A DNA stretch of 64,000 bases, from assembly GCA_963704485.1 (NCBI GenBank), contig OY969910.1, positions 3,176,138 through 3,240,137 on the forward strand, read 5' to 3'. This DNA is from an uncultured Acidobacteriota bacterium (GTDB lineage Bacteria; Acidobacteriota; Terriglobia; Acidiferrales; UBA7541). A program made the translations under genes and the position numbers. Positions within the stretch are counted from its first letter, which is position 1. Each line of letters begins with the position of its first letter. This document shows positions 1-9,668 of this stretch, one piece after another. A model generated the notes under the pieces. The model did not search any database. It was given only the letters and a program-made list of their open reading frames with translations, and was not told where the DNA came from.

Positions 1-593
1 ATCCACTCTTGAATGGTCGACTCCAGTTTCAGCAACCGTATCGAGTTGGAGATCGTGGTGCGATCTTTTCCGGTGCGCTCTGCCACCATGTCCAGCGTCA
101 TTTGAAATTCCGTAATCAGGCGATCAAATGCGCGGGCCGACTCAATCGCATTCAGGTCCTCGCGCTGGATGTTTTCCACCAGCGTCATTTCGAGCGCCAG
201 CTCGTCGGGAACTTCGCGCACGATTGCCGGCACCTTATTCAGCCCGGCGAGTTGCGCCGCCCGCCAGCGGCGTTCGCCCGCGATCAGTTCGAAGCGATCC
301 CCAATGGGGCGCAGCAACAGTGGCTGAATGATTCCACTGGCCAGAATCGACCTGGACAGTTCCTCCAGAGCGGCTTCACGAAACGTCGTCCGGGGTTGAT
401 GCGGGCTCGGTTCAATAAGATCAATATCAACAAACATCGTCTGATTCTGGTCTCGCGCTGGCGCGACCGCCGCGCCGCTTGAGGTCGTCACTTGAGGTGT
501 ATCTAACTGATTCGGTGCCACTTGAGGTGGAATCTGTGGCTCAGGCTCCCGAATGAGCGCTCCGAGCCCCCGTCCCAGCGCGTTTCTCGTCAT
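1..593 (-). CDS. parB: ParB/Spo0J chromosome partitioning protein (3' end outside window)
   Basis: Manual translation from ATG at 593 gives MTRNALGRGLGALIREPE...HQPRTTF...GIIQPLLLR...IAGERRWRAAQLAG...LVENIQREDLNAIE...KDRTTISNSIRLL. This contains the ParA-activating LGRGL peptide, the GERRxRA CTPase motif and an HTH. Absent from the ORF track because it runs off the edge. Confidence 0.96.
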   Translation of the reverse strand, partial: MTRNALGRGLGALIREPEPQIPPQVAPNQLDTPQVTTSSGAAVAPARDQNQTMFVDIDLIEPSPHQPRTTFREAALEELSRSILASGIIQPLLLRPIGDRFELIAGERRWRAAQLAGLNKVPAIVREVPDELALEMTLVENIQREDLNAIESARAFDRLITEFQMTLDMVAERTGKDRTTISNSIRLLKLESTIQEW

Positions 594-1349
594 TGGCTAT
601 TACCTCCTGTGCGAGCTGTGTGTAGCCTTCGGCCCCTTTACTGTGTATGTCATAGAATATAATAGGCTTACCAAAACTTGGTGCCTCGGCAAGCCGAACG
701 TTTCTGCGATATAACCGCTTGGAATACCTGGCTTCCGAAAAAACTACGTAAATCCGTCGCAACTTGACGTGACAACGTAGTTCTTTCGTCGAACATCGTC
801 AATAAAATGCCTTCGATCTCAAGCTTCTGGATTCAAGGTTCGGCGGATTCGCATCAGCGTGTCCAACAGCTCCGACACGCCTTCCAGCGCTAGGTATTCG
901 CATTGAATCGGTACCAACACCGAGCTTGCGCACACCAGTGCATTCAACGTTAGGAGATCCAGGGCTGGCGGGCAGTCCAGAACCACGAAGCGATAGTTGT
1001 TCTGAAAGGTTTTTAGCGCGGCCTGAAGCTTATACTCCCGATTTTCCGCATTTACTAGCTCTACGGCGGCACCCGCAAGATTCTTGTCGGCGGGAATTAC
1101 GTCCAACCCTTCTACTTGCGATTTTTGGACGATCTTATCGAAGGATTCGCCCATGATCAGGGTATTGTAGAGCGTTCTTCGCGACGGATCTTTGGGGAAG
1201 CCGATCGCCGCCGTAGCGTTAGCTTGAGAGTCACAATCGATGAGTAGAGTGGATTGTTCAGAGGCCGCTAGGCACGCGGCCAAATTGACGGCGGTAGTGG
1301 TCTTTCCCACGCCGCCTTTCTGGTTTGCACAAGCGATGATTCTTGCCAA
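541..1349 (-). CDS. parA: ParA/Soj ATPase, two apparent single-base insertions (~822 and ~708)
   Basis: TTG start MARIIACANQKGGVGKTTT (deviant Walker A), DCDSQANAT, LDCPP, PIQCEYLALEG. Continues in a second frame as KLEIEGILLTMFDERTTLSRQV and a third as RNVRLAEAPSFGKP. Confidence 0.93.
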
Positions 1350-1396
1350 AAGTGTCCCCGGCGAAAATTTAGCAAAGCTCCCCACGACATGCAAGT

Positions 1397-2379
1397 TGTT
1401 TCACGTGGAAATGGAATTTTCATCAAAAATAAGTATTCGAACGCCGAGACCGCCGCCGTTGTCGGAGGGTCGACGTTCGAACGCTCAGGCCTTAACATTG
1501 GGCGCAAGTAGCTGTTCCACGTGAAACGCGCTTCGGGACGCGACGGGTGCCGTGAACCCGAAAAATTACGTTCCACGTGGAACGTTGAGCAGGGTGATGT
1601 CAAAACGCGTTTCCACGTGGAAACGCTTGGGCACGTGGGAGGACGGGGTCAACACACACCTGTAGTTGATGGCCCCACGTGAAATTTATCGAGCGATGCT
1701 TCGCCAGCCATTATTTCGGCAAATGGCAGCAGTTCGAATGAGTATAGCCTCGCCTCTATGGGCTTCAAATTGTCGTTTAGGAACACCCACGGTTTCACGT
1801 GGAACATCCAAATCCGCGAAGGGCGAGAGTACGCGGCACGTTCCACGTGAAACCGTCGGGATTGGCGGCAGCGTCGGAAGTTCGCCTGCCTCCCGGATTG
1901 CCACGCGTTTCACGTGGAACCATTGATCTGGGGGCGACTGCAATTCGGTACGTTTCACGTGAAACCGTCCGTGATAGCGCACCGCGTTTTGTGCGTTCGC
2001 GGCGGGCTAGGAATGCGTCTTCACGTGGAACCGATTTGATGCGGAATCACTAAGCTTTGGAGTCGATTCCACGTCGAAAGCAGTAGCGGGCGGCGCAGTG
2101 TGAGTGTGTTTGTAGCCCCCCAATCACCCCGTTTTCACGTGAAACACGTAATCAGCTGGAATACTGAGTTCCACGTGAAACTGCGGCGATTATTTCGCCG
2201 CACAAATTTCACTGAAACGCCTCCCGAATCAGTCCTACGCTGTCGGCCGAACGCCAACATGTCGGCACTTCGACATCTGGCGTTTCCACGTGAAATGAGC
2301 TTTGTCATCGACCCAATGCCTCGATCGAGTTATGTCGCGTGTTTTTTGTTACTTACGGCTTACGTTTTCACGTGAAACG
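1397..2379. repeat. parS: Array of parS centromere sites (TGTTYCACGTGRAACA-like palindromes)
   Basis: 16-mers starting at 1397, 1513, 1569, 1609, 1791, 1839, 1906, 1951, 2017, 2131, 2167, 2282 and 2364; degenerate copies at 1671, 2065 and 2205. Lies immediately upstream of parA. Confidence 0.95.
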
Positions 2380-2405
2380 GCCAGATGTCGGAGGCCCGAC
2401 ATCTG
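2253..2405. repeat. Inverted repeat pair: ATGTCGG-N4-YCGACAT palindrome abutting a parS site at each end
   Basis: 2271-2297 reads CGACATCTGGC-GTTTCCACGTGAAATG; the reverse complement of 2364-2390 reads CGACATCTGGC-CGTTTCACGTGAAAAC. Confidence 0.7.
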
Positions 2406-2421
2406 CACTCATGAGGTCAGC

Positions 2422-3063
2422 TTACTCGGAAGGTTTCGACCCGATTAAGATCACCCGACGCAGGGATTGCGGCACAGCCACCGGACTATCCCATTTCCAT
2501 CCCGCCATCTTACCTACGTCCTCCGCATCCTTGGTTCCCAGCCACAAAATCACGCGTTTAGCCCCGACGCTGTTGTTAGCGGCCCATTTAAGAAACCCGC
2601 CAAAGTCGCCCAGTGCCCGTGCACACAGATAGTCGATGGGAGCGATCTCTTCACCCAGCTCTTCGTAGCGGCTCACCACCACGTTTACGCCCTTCAGACC
2701 CAATGTTCGAATCACCTCAGCCAAAAAGGTCGCTTTTTTTATGCTCGACTCCACTAAGGCGATCTGCGCGTTCGGCAACAAAATCTTCAAGGGCAAACCC
2801 GGAAAGCCGCCTCCGGTACCAATATCGGCCAGGCGACATTCAGCCAAGTCCGCGAGCTTTGCCGGGAACATGCTTTCGCAAAAATGCCGATGCAGAATGT
2901 CCAGTGGATCGCGAATCGCCGTTAGATTGACCTTCTCATTCCAGGCCAGTAACAATTTGATGTATTCCTGAATCTGACCAACCTGGACGTCATTCACATC
3001 GACATGAAAATCACTCAGCGCCTTTCGAATGGTAGATTCCGACGGCGCAGGGCTCGGTGGCAT
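2422..3063 (-). CDS. rsmG: 16S rRNA m7G527 methyltransferase RsmG (GidB)
   Basis: LLAWNEKVNLTAI, HFCES, DIGTGGGFPG, ESSIKKATFL, ARAL motifs; canonical position upstream of parA. Likely ATG at 3063. Confidence 0.93.
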   Translation of the reverse strand: MPPSPAPSESTIRKALSDFHVDVNDVQVGQIQEYIKLLLAWNEKVNLTAIRDPLDILHRHFCESMFPAKLADLAECRLADIGTGGGFPGLPLKILLPNAQIALVESSIKKATFLAEVIRTLGLKGVNVVVSRYEELGEEIAPIDYLCARALGDFGGFLKWAANNSVGAKRVILWLGTKDAEDVGKMAGWKWDSPVAVPQSLRRVILIGSKPSE

Positions 3064-3262
3064 AAAGGGGCGGGCTCCCTCAAGATTTCTAGCAGAATTT
3101 TTGGTGTGCTGGCACCCGCATGAAAACACATTCACAACGTCAGTGCAACAAATTCAATCTTTAACCCGAAGCTGCTAACAAAATTGTTAGGCACATGACC
3201 ACCGCGCATCTTAGAATGGCCGTCCCATTCCACGGTTCCGGCGCGCGATCTACGAACGGAGA

Positions 3263-4375
3263 ATGAACGAAATGGACACTGTGAAGTTGACCTCCATGGC
3301 CAAGGCCGCGGGTTGCGCGGCGAAACTTAATCCCGCCACACTGGAAGGTGTGCTGAGAAAGCTGCCCCGCGACGCCAATCCAAATGTCCTCGTGGGCTTC
3401 GACACCAACGACGACGCCGGCGTTTATTTGATCAACAAAGACCTCGCTCTGGTCCAGACCGTGGATTTCTTCACACCCATCGTGGACGATCCGTTTTTGT
3501 TTGGGCAGATCGCCGCGGCCAATTCGCTGAGCGATGTCTATGCCATGGGCGGCCGTCCCATCTCATCGCTCTCATTGGTAGGTTTTCCGGATCACGCTGA
3601 TCCTGCAATTCTCGAAGAGATCATTCGGGGCGGCCTGTCAAAAATGACCGAGGCGGAATGCTCTTTAATCGGGGGGCATTCCATTCGCACCGATGACCTG
3701 CTGTTTGGCTATGCCGTTACCGGAACCGTCCATCCGCAAAAGGTTTGGCGCAACGTCGGTGCTCGCGCTGGCGATGTGTTGATTTTTACCAAGCCGCTGG
3801 GCACGGGTGTAATCACTACGGCGCTTAAGAAAGATCAAGCCAAGCCGCAGTCGCTCGAGGCTGCCGTCGCCGCCATGACTACGCTGAACCGTGCCGCAGC
3901 TCTTGCGCTGTCGCAGCTCGAAGAGGACTACCAGAACCTTTCTACCAAAAAACCGGAACGAAAAGGCAATCCCGTGCACGCGGTGACCGACGTGACCGGC
4001 TTCGGTTTACTTGGGCACGCCCGTGAAATGGCATTGGGAGATCCCACCCGCGGAATCGAACCTGTTTCTTTCGAGATCGATCACACCGCTTTCAACTATT
4101 TGCCGGGAGCGATTCAGGCCGCGCGCGATGGTCATCTTTCCGGAGGGCTGAAAAATAATCGCGCATTCGTCGCGGAGTGCGCGGCCTTCGCCGAAGATGT
4201 TGCGAAGGATTTTCAGGATTTACTTTTCGATCCGCAAACTTCCGGCGGGTTGCTGATCGCCGTGGACCCGGATGCCGCGGCCGATTGTATTGTCACTCTT
4301 TCCCGCCACGGAGTCGAAGCGCGCCAGGTTGGTCGCGTCACCGCGAAGCGCTCGCCACTTATTTTTGTCGAATAG
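3263..4375 (+). CDS. selD: Selenide, water dikinase SelD (Cys form)
   Basis: KLTSMAKAAGCAAKL (catalytic Cys and Lys), DDAGVY, QTVDFFTPIVDDP, ANSLSDVYAMGG, GGHS, TDVTGFGLLGH, DPQTSGGLL. Confidence 0.95.
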   Translation: MNEMDTVKLTSMAKAAGCAAKLNPATLEGVLRKLPRDANPNVLVGFDTNDDAGVYLINKDLALVQTVDFFTPIVDDPFLFGQIAAANSLSDVYAMGGRPISSLSLVGFPDHADPAILEEIIRGGLSKMTEAECSLIGGHSIRTDDLLFGYAVTGTVHPQKVWRNVGARAGDVLIFTKPLGTGVITTALKKDQAKPQSLEAAVAAMTTLNRAAALALSQLEEDYQNLSTKKPERKGNPVHAVTDVTGFGLLGHAREMALGDPTRGIEPVSFEIDHTAFNYLPGAIQAARDGHLSGGLKNNRAFVAECAAFAEDVAKDFQDLLFDPQTSGGLLIAVDPDAAADCIVTLSRHGVEARQVGRVTAKRSPLIFVE

Positions 4376-4438
4376 TTAAGTCATTAGCACCGGCGTTCGT
4401 TGAGTCAAGTTTCTCCGAAAAAATTCCAACGGTAAATT

Positions 4439-5707
4439 ATGGACACCATCACACACGGAATTGCGGGCGCGTTGATCGGTAAGGCGCTATTCAAGGGCGA
4501 CGATCTTTTCGCGATGCGTCCCATGAATCGCGAGCGTGTCGTCAGCTGGTCCATGATGCTGGGAGCAATCTTTCCAGACTCGGACACCTTTCGTGACATG
4601 CTCTCTCACAACGAATTATTAATGATCACCTGGCATCGCAGCATCACCCATTCGCTGCTGTGCCTGCCAATTTTTGCGCTGCTGCTCGCCGGCCTCACAC
4701 GCTGGATATGTCGCTGGCGAAAATGGGAAGCTCCTTCGTTTGCGGCGCTCACTGGGATTTACGCGGTGGGAATTCTCAGCCACATCCTGCTGGATCTGGT
4801 GACCAGTTTTGGAACCATGGTGTGGTCGCCATGGAAATGGTCGCGGCCGGCATGGGATTTGATTTTCATTGTGGATTTTACGCTCACGGGAATTTTGCTG
4901 GTACCGCAAATTGTTGCATGGGTGCAGGAGCGTCCGGAAAAAAGCCGGCGGCGCGCGTTCGTCTCGCTGGCGATTTTTATTCTTGCGGTTTTTGCGGTGC
5001 AGGCAATTGGCAACGCCGTTGGCGCGGGAATTTCTTCCGCAACCGTTTTTCTTTTTGATGCGATTCTCGCAGCGTTGTTTCTGCTTCCACTGCGCCTGAC
5101 ACAGAAAAGGCAACTGGCAGATTCGCAAAAAGGAATTGAATCAACAGGCGAACCGAACAATTCAATGCGTGAGGCCGGTCGCGGTTGGAATCAAGCGGGG
5201 TTCGTGGGCGCGTGCGTGTATGTGGGTCTGGCAGTGTTTGCCCATCATGTCGCACTTGGTCGCGTAAAGGACTTTGCGCTTATGGAGAAACTCCAGGTGC
5301 AGTCGCTGGGCGCTTTGCCTTTTCCTCCTTCACTTTGGAAATGGGACGGATTGGTGCGCACGCCTCGTGGCGTTTACGAAGTGCGGCTGGATCTCTCCGA
5401 CAAATCTTCGTTTAACGTTTCATCGGCTACGAATCCGGCGGAACGCCCCGCCGTGGAATATCGCTTTTACCCGGAGGCCTATCCCAACGTTTATATTGAA
5501 GCAGCGAGGGAGCTTCCTGAAGTGCAGAAAGTTTTGTGGTTTGACCGCTTTCCGGTCACGCGATTTCACCAGGAGTCCGGGGAGCAGGTTGTGGAATTTT
5601 CCGACATGCGCTTCCCTCAAATCAGCAAGCGGCGGACTCCGTCATTCACGTATCGCGTGCGCTTCGGCCCCGGGGGCAATGTTCTGTCGCAGGGCTGGGT
5701 GAAATAG
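4439..5707 (+). CDS. Inner-membrane metal-dependent hydrolase (YdjM-like family)
   Basis: MDTITH, PDSD, HRSITHSL, SHILLD motifs plus several TM helices. Confidence 0.85.
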   Translation: MDTITHGIAGALIGKALFKGDDLFAMRPMNRERVVSWSMMLGAIFPDSDTFRDMLSHNELLMITWHRSITHSLLCLPIFALLLAGLTRWICRWRKWEAPSFAALTGIYAVGILSHILLDLVTSFGTMVWSPWKWSRPAWDLIFIVDFTLTGILLVPQIVAWVQERPEKSRRRAFVSLAIFILAVFAVQAIGNAVGAGISSATVFLFDAILAALFLLPLRLTQKRQLADSQKGIESTGEPNNSMREAGRGWNQAGFVGACVYVGLAVFAHHVALGRVKDFALMEKLQVQSLGALPFPPSLWKWDGLVRTPRGVYEVRLDLSDKSSFNVSSATNPAERPAVEYRFYPEAYPNVYIEAARELPEVQKVLWFDRFPVTRFHQESGEQVVEFSDMRFPQISKRRTPSFTYRVRFGPGGNVLSQGWVK

Positions 5708-5713
5708 GAGTCT

Positions 5714-8700
5714 TCAGAATTCCAGGCGCAGCGCGACCTGCATGACCCGCTTATCGGTCAACGTGCTGCCAGCGTAGCCGAAGGACGATTCGTTATCCAG
5801 GCTGGCGCTGATGGAATGCGGATCGAAGCGCACGCTGTTGGTCACGTTGAAAACCTCCCAGCGAAATTGCAGTTTGGCGCGCTCGGTGAGTGAGAACGTT
5901 TTGTCCAGTCCGGTATCCCAGCTGTAGTAGCCATCGCCGCGTAGAGGATTGCGTGTGCCCGACTCTCCGGGGAGAGCAATGCGGAAACTGTTGAAGACCG
6001 CATCGGGATCGGCAAAAATCTGCGGGCCGGTTCCGCGCTTCGTCGCGCTAACCGGAATTGGCTGCGCCTGTGTAGCAAATCCTTCGATGTCCCAGTTGGT
6101 GGGCCAGCGCGAACCGTTGTCTACGGCGAAGGGCAAGCCGCTCGTCCAGCGAACGATACCAGTGAGTTGCCAGCCACCGATGACGGCGTCAATCACTCTG
6201 TTAGAGCCGCTGGCAAAGCGCCGGCCACGGCCGACAGGAATATCCAAAAGGTAGTTGGCATTGATCTGATGAGTCATATCGAAATCGGAGACGCCGCGCA
6301 GCTGATCCGGCCGCCAACTGTTGATGATCTGCGCGTTGTTGTTGCCGCCGGAAGTTCCCAGGCGCTCTGCCTGGGAGGTCCAGTCAATGGATTTGGAATA
6401 GGTATAATTCAGGTCGGCCTGCAAGCCCTGGCGAAAACGGTGATGCATGACGACCTGCATGGCGTTGTAATAAGACTGTCCGATAGAGCGCCACGCATAC
6501 AGGGCAGAATATTGGCTGTGATAGAAGCGGTAGCTCGGATAAGTGTGATTGCCGGTATTAATTCCCGCGCCCGACTGCGAATCCGGCAAATCCAGTTGAA
6601 ACAAAGCATACGTTTCGTTTCCCAGGTTGTTCGAAAAAAGTTCGTACACATTCTGCGTGGCCGATAGCGGGCCGTAGCCGATGTCTGCGCCGTCGAGCGC
6701 TCCAAACAGAGTCTGCCAGTAAGGCGAGTTGGGAACCTGACTGGCGGGGGTGCCGGCATATCCGAGCCTGGACAACGCTGCGGCCGCGGTGAAGTAATCG
6801 GTGCCGGCAGCCTTGATGTCCAGGGGCATGGCCACATCCTGCTGCACCATCAAGCGGTGAGCGAAGCGGCCCACGTAGGAAACCTCGATGGAAGTGGAAG
6901 GTGTGAGCTCGCGGGTGACAGAAAAATCCAACAAATTTGAATATGGAGTTTTCACCTTGCTGTCGATGCCCCAACTGATTGCAAACAAGCCGGTGTCCGG
7001 TGTGGCGGGAAATCCTCCCGCCGGCGGCGCCGGAAGTAAGCCATCCGGAATATCGGAGATGCCCTGGAATCGCGGCGCAGTGGTGGTGCTAAGGAAGCCC
7101 GGAGGATTGGAGATGTTGCTCGACAGTCCAAAGGAGCCAGAAGTGTCGAAGGTGTTGACGATGGCAGCGCCGAAATGATCGTAGATCAAGCCATAGCCCG
7201 CGCGAATAGAACTTTTGCCAGCCGTGCCAAAAATAGCGCCGAGTAATCCGTGATCGAACGAAGGGGCCCAGGCCAGCGCAATTCGCGGTGAGAAATCATG
7301 CTTGTCCGGAGTCCAAAAATCGGATTTCCCGTTGGAGCGTCCATTCAATCCAAACGAAACGGTGGGAACTTCGCTGGCCGACCCGCCAGTCGCACCTTGC
7401 TGCGCGCTGGCATCGTAAAAAGTGCCGAGAGCGTAGGGCTGGCATGATGAGCCGCTCAACACACAGGGGCCAACCTGAGAGCCGTGAATTTCCGTCGGCA
7501 CCTGCAAATAGGAATATTTCAAGCCGAGCGTGACGGTGAGGCTTTTGCGGAGCCGCCAGGTATCCTGGCCGTAAAAATCCCACTCGTTCCAGTGGTATTC
7601 GCGTTGAACTGGAGCGCCCAGGGCGAGGGCATCACCGTTCTTGTTGTAGTTGTAGATGGCGTCGCCTTCGGTGACTACGCCAACGAGATCCATGATGGTG
7701 CTGTCGTAGTTATATCCGACCGAGGGATCCACGGCGGCGTAACCAGAGGCCGCGGGATCCAGAGGCTGCCCGGTGTTGGCAACGGCGGACGAGGGCCCCA
7801 GCCAGCCGGTATTGATGGAGGCGCCCGGAAAAGAATTTGCGGTGCTGACGCGCGCGTCGTGAATGACCCGCAGGTTGGTACCAAAAGAAAAGCTGTGGTT
7901 TCCGCGCGTCCAGGCGACGTCTTCCACGAAATTATTGACCGGTATGCGAAAAGCACTGGTGCGCGTGAAGGCTTGAGGAGAATCGAGGCCCTGCAGACCG
8001 ACAGAAGATTGCGTTGATGCTCCAGAGTTGGAACCGCCCTGGCGCGTAAAACCCCAACGGAAGTTACTGATGAGCGTGGGACGGAGAATCGCCGTATAGC
8101 CGAGCGCGAAACCCTTGTTGTTCGTAAGCAAGCTGTTGGCAGCCGGCTGCGCTGGAAATTGCGGGCTGCCGGGCTCGGCGTCGTTCATCAGATTGCCGCG
8201 CCAGAAAAGTATGTTGTTGCTGTTGAGGTTGTAATCCAGGCGCGCGATGTAGGTGTTGTAGCGGCGGTGCAGGGTATTCACGAACCGGAAGCCGAAGGTG
8301 TTGAGCTCATCACCGACTCCCGTGAAAACGTTCGCGGCGGGATAGGAATTGAGAACGGCGAGCATCGGCTGGTTCAAGCCGACACCTTGGGGATCCATAT
8401 TTTGAATCTCGCCGGGGCCGAGAGCGTTATAGCCAGGCGCGAACGAATACGATTGCCCGCTCAGACCTTGAATACTGCCGCCAGGGCAGGTGGAGGTATC
8501 CGGCGAACCGTCGGGGTTGGTCTGACAAAGATACTGGACTACACCGTCGCGCATGGCTGCGCCTGGAACACTGTGAGTTTGAACATCTCCTTCGGCATCG
8601 CGGCGGCCTTCGTAATTAGCGAAGAAAAATAGTTTATCTTTGCGGATGGGCCCGCCGACGGCGCCGCCAAAAATATTTCGGATGAGCTGAGGCTGCTTGT

Positions 8701-9535
8701 TGGGTTCGCCGTTTTCGAGCTGGGTTTGCTTATTGAAGTAATCGTTGGCGGTGAAGAGCGAATTGCGATTGTATTCGTAGGCGCCGCCGTGAAAGGAATT
8801 GGTCCCGCTCTTGGTGACCAGGGTAACCTGCGCTCCGGAGCCACGGCCGGCGTCGGCATTGGGATTACTGGTAGTGACGCGAAATTCCTGCACGGAATCC
8901 TGCGTTACCCGCAGGACGCTGTTGAAGGCGTAGCCCTTGTTCTGATCGTTGACGTCCACGCCATCGAGTGTGACGTTGGACTGATCGCTGCGGGCGCCGT
9001 TGACTGCGCCGCTGCGGGAATCAGTGTCATCGTTGCCGGCAAACTTTCCAAGAAAGGTCACGCCAGGCTGCAGGCTGAGCAACTCCACGACGTTGCGCCC
9101 TTCGATAGGCAGCGAGGACACCTGTGTTTCGTTGAAGGCATTTCCGAGAGTGGCGTCGGAAGTGTTCACGGTAACGGCCGTCTCGCCGGAAACGAGGACT
9201 TCCTGTTTAACGGACCGCACGCTTAAATCAACATCAACGGTCGAAGCAGTAGCCACCAGGAGATCCAGTCCTTCGCGGCGCACGGATTGGAATCCTTCCG
9301 CGCTGGCTTCCAGCGTGTAGCTTCCGGGCTGGAGCTGGACGACTTCGTAGGCACCGTTGGCATCGGACTCGACTTCGCGGACCGCGCCGGTATTGGCGAG
9401 AGTCAACTTTATTTTTGCGCCGGCGACGGAGGCTCCGCTGGAGTCAGTGACCCGCCCGCGCAAGGTGGCGACGGATTGGCCGAGCGCGATGGAAGCACAG
9501 CACAGTAGAAAAACGAGCACACACCATCGCTTCAT
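5714..9535 (-). CDS. TonB-dependent receptor, Oar-like, with N-terminal carboxypeptidase-regulatory-like domain
   Basis: GGAGG RBS before ATG 9535, signal peptide MKRWCVLVFLLCCASIALG, GRVTDSSGA, plug LPIEGRN...TLDGVD, VTKSGTNSFHG, C-terminal RVMQVALRLEF. Confidence 0.92.
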   Translation of the reverse strand: MKRWCVLVFLLCCASIALGQSVATLRGRVTDSSGASVAGAKIKLTLANTGAVREVESDANGAYEVVQLQPGSYTLEASAEGFQSVRREGLDLLVATASTVDVDLSVRSVKQEVLVSGETAVTVNTSDATLGNAFNETQVSSLPIEGRNVVELLSLQPGVTFLGKFAGNDDTDSRSGAVNGARSDQSNVTLDGVDVNDQNKGYAFNSVLRVTQDSVQEFRVTTSNPNADAGRGSGAQVTLVTKSGTNSFHGGAYEYNRNSLFTANDYFNKQTQLENGEPNKQPQLIRNIFGGAVGGPIRKDKLFFFANYEGRRDAEGDVQTHSVPGAAMRDGVVQYLCQTNPDGSPDTSTCPGGSIQGLSGQSYSFAPGYNALGPGEIQNMDPQGVGLNQPMLAVLNSYPAANVFTGVGDELNTFGFRFVNTLHRRYNTYIARLDYNLNSNNILFWRGNLMNDAEPGSPQFPAQPAANSLLTNNKGFALGYTAILRPTLISNFRWGFTRQGGSNSGASTQSSVGLQGLDSPQAFTRTSAFRIPVNNFVEDVAWTRGNHSFSFGTNLRVIHDARVSTANSFPGASINTGWLGPSSAVANTGQPLDPAASGYAAVDPSVGYNYDSTIMDLVGVVTEGDAIYNYNKNGDALALGAPVQREYHWNEWDFYGQDTWRLRKSLTVTLGLKYSYLQVPTEIHGSQVGPCVLSGSSCQPYALGTFYDASAQQGATGGSASEVPTVSFGLNGRSNGKSDFWTPDKHDFSPRIALAWAPSFDHGLLGAIFGTAGKSSIRAGYGLIYDHFGAAIVNTFDTSGSFGLSSNISNPPGFLSTTTAPRFQGISDIPDGLLPAPPAGGFPATPDTGLFAISWGIDSKVKTPYSNLLDFSVTRELTPSTSIEVSYVGRFAHRLMVQQDVAMPLDIKAAGTDYFTAAAALSRLGYAGTPASQVPNSPYWQTLFGALDGADIGYGPLSATQNVYELFSNNLGNETYALFQLDLPDSQSGAGINTGNHTYPSYRFYHSQYSALYAWRSIGQSYYNAMQVVMHHRFRQGLQADLNYTYSKSIDWTSQAERLGTSGGNNNAQIINSWRPDQLRGVSDFDMTHQINANYLLDIPVGRGRRFASGSNRVIDAVIGGWQLTGIVRWTSGLPFAVDNGSRWPTNWDIEGFATQAQPIPVSATKRGTGPQIFADPDAVFNSFRIALPGESGTRNPLRGDGYYSWDTGLDKTFSLTERAKLQFRWEVFNVTNSVRFDPHSISASLDNESSFGYAGSTLTDKRVMQVALRLEF

Positions 9536-9668
9536 GGCAATTCCTCCAAACCTGATTGAGTCCCAAGGCGGACTAATAGAACACGACGCGCGCAGCGTTG
9601 CAAACGCAAAAATGATTTGGTCGAGCGAGGCTTCGCGACCGAATAAACGAGGTACGTACACTCTTTGA

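Noticed and set aside
9-482. 157-aa plus-strand ORF and many other overlapping antisense ORFs in the track
   Set aside because: Shadow frames of real genes (here parB) in GC-rich DNA.
478-529. Short CTTGAGGT repeats in the parB 5' region
   Set aside because: They encode a low-complexity Pro/Gln linker; no further structure seen.
1268-2375. Short ORFs with FHVK/FHVE/VSRET repeats
   Set aside because: These are translations of the parS palindromes, not plausible proteins.
1397-2379. CRISPR-like array of palindromic repeats with unique spacers
   Set aside because: Repeats are 16 bp and match parS, spacing is irregular (36-120 bp), and no cas genes are present.
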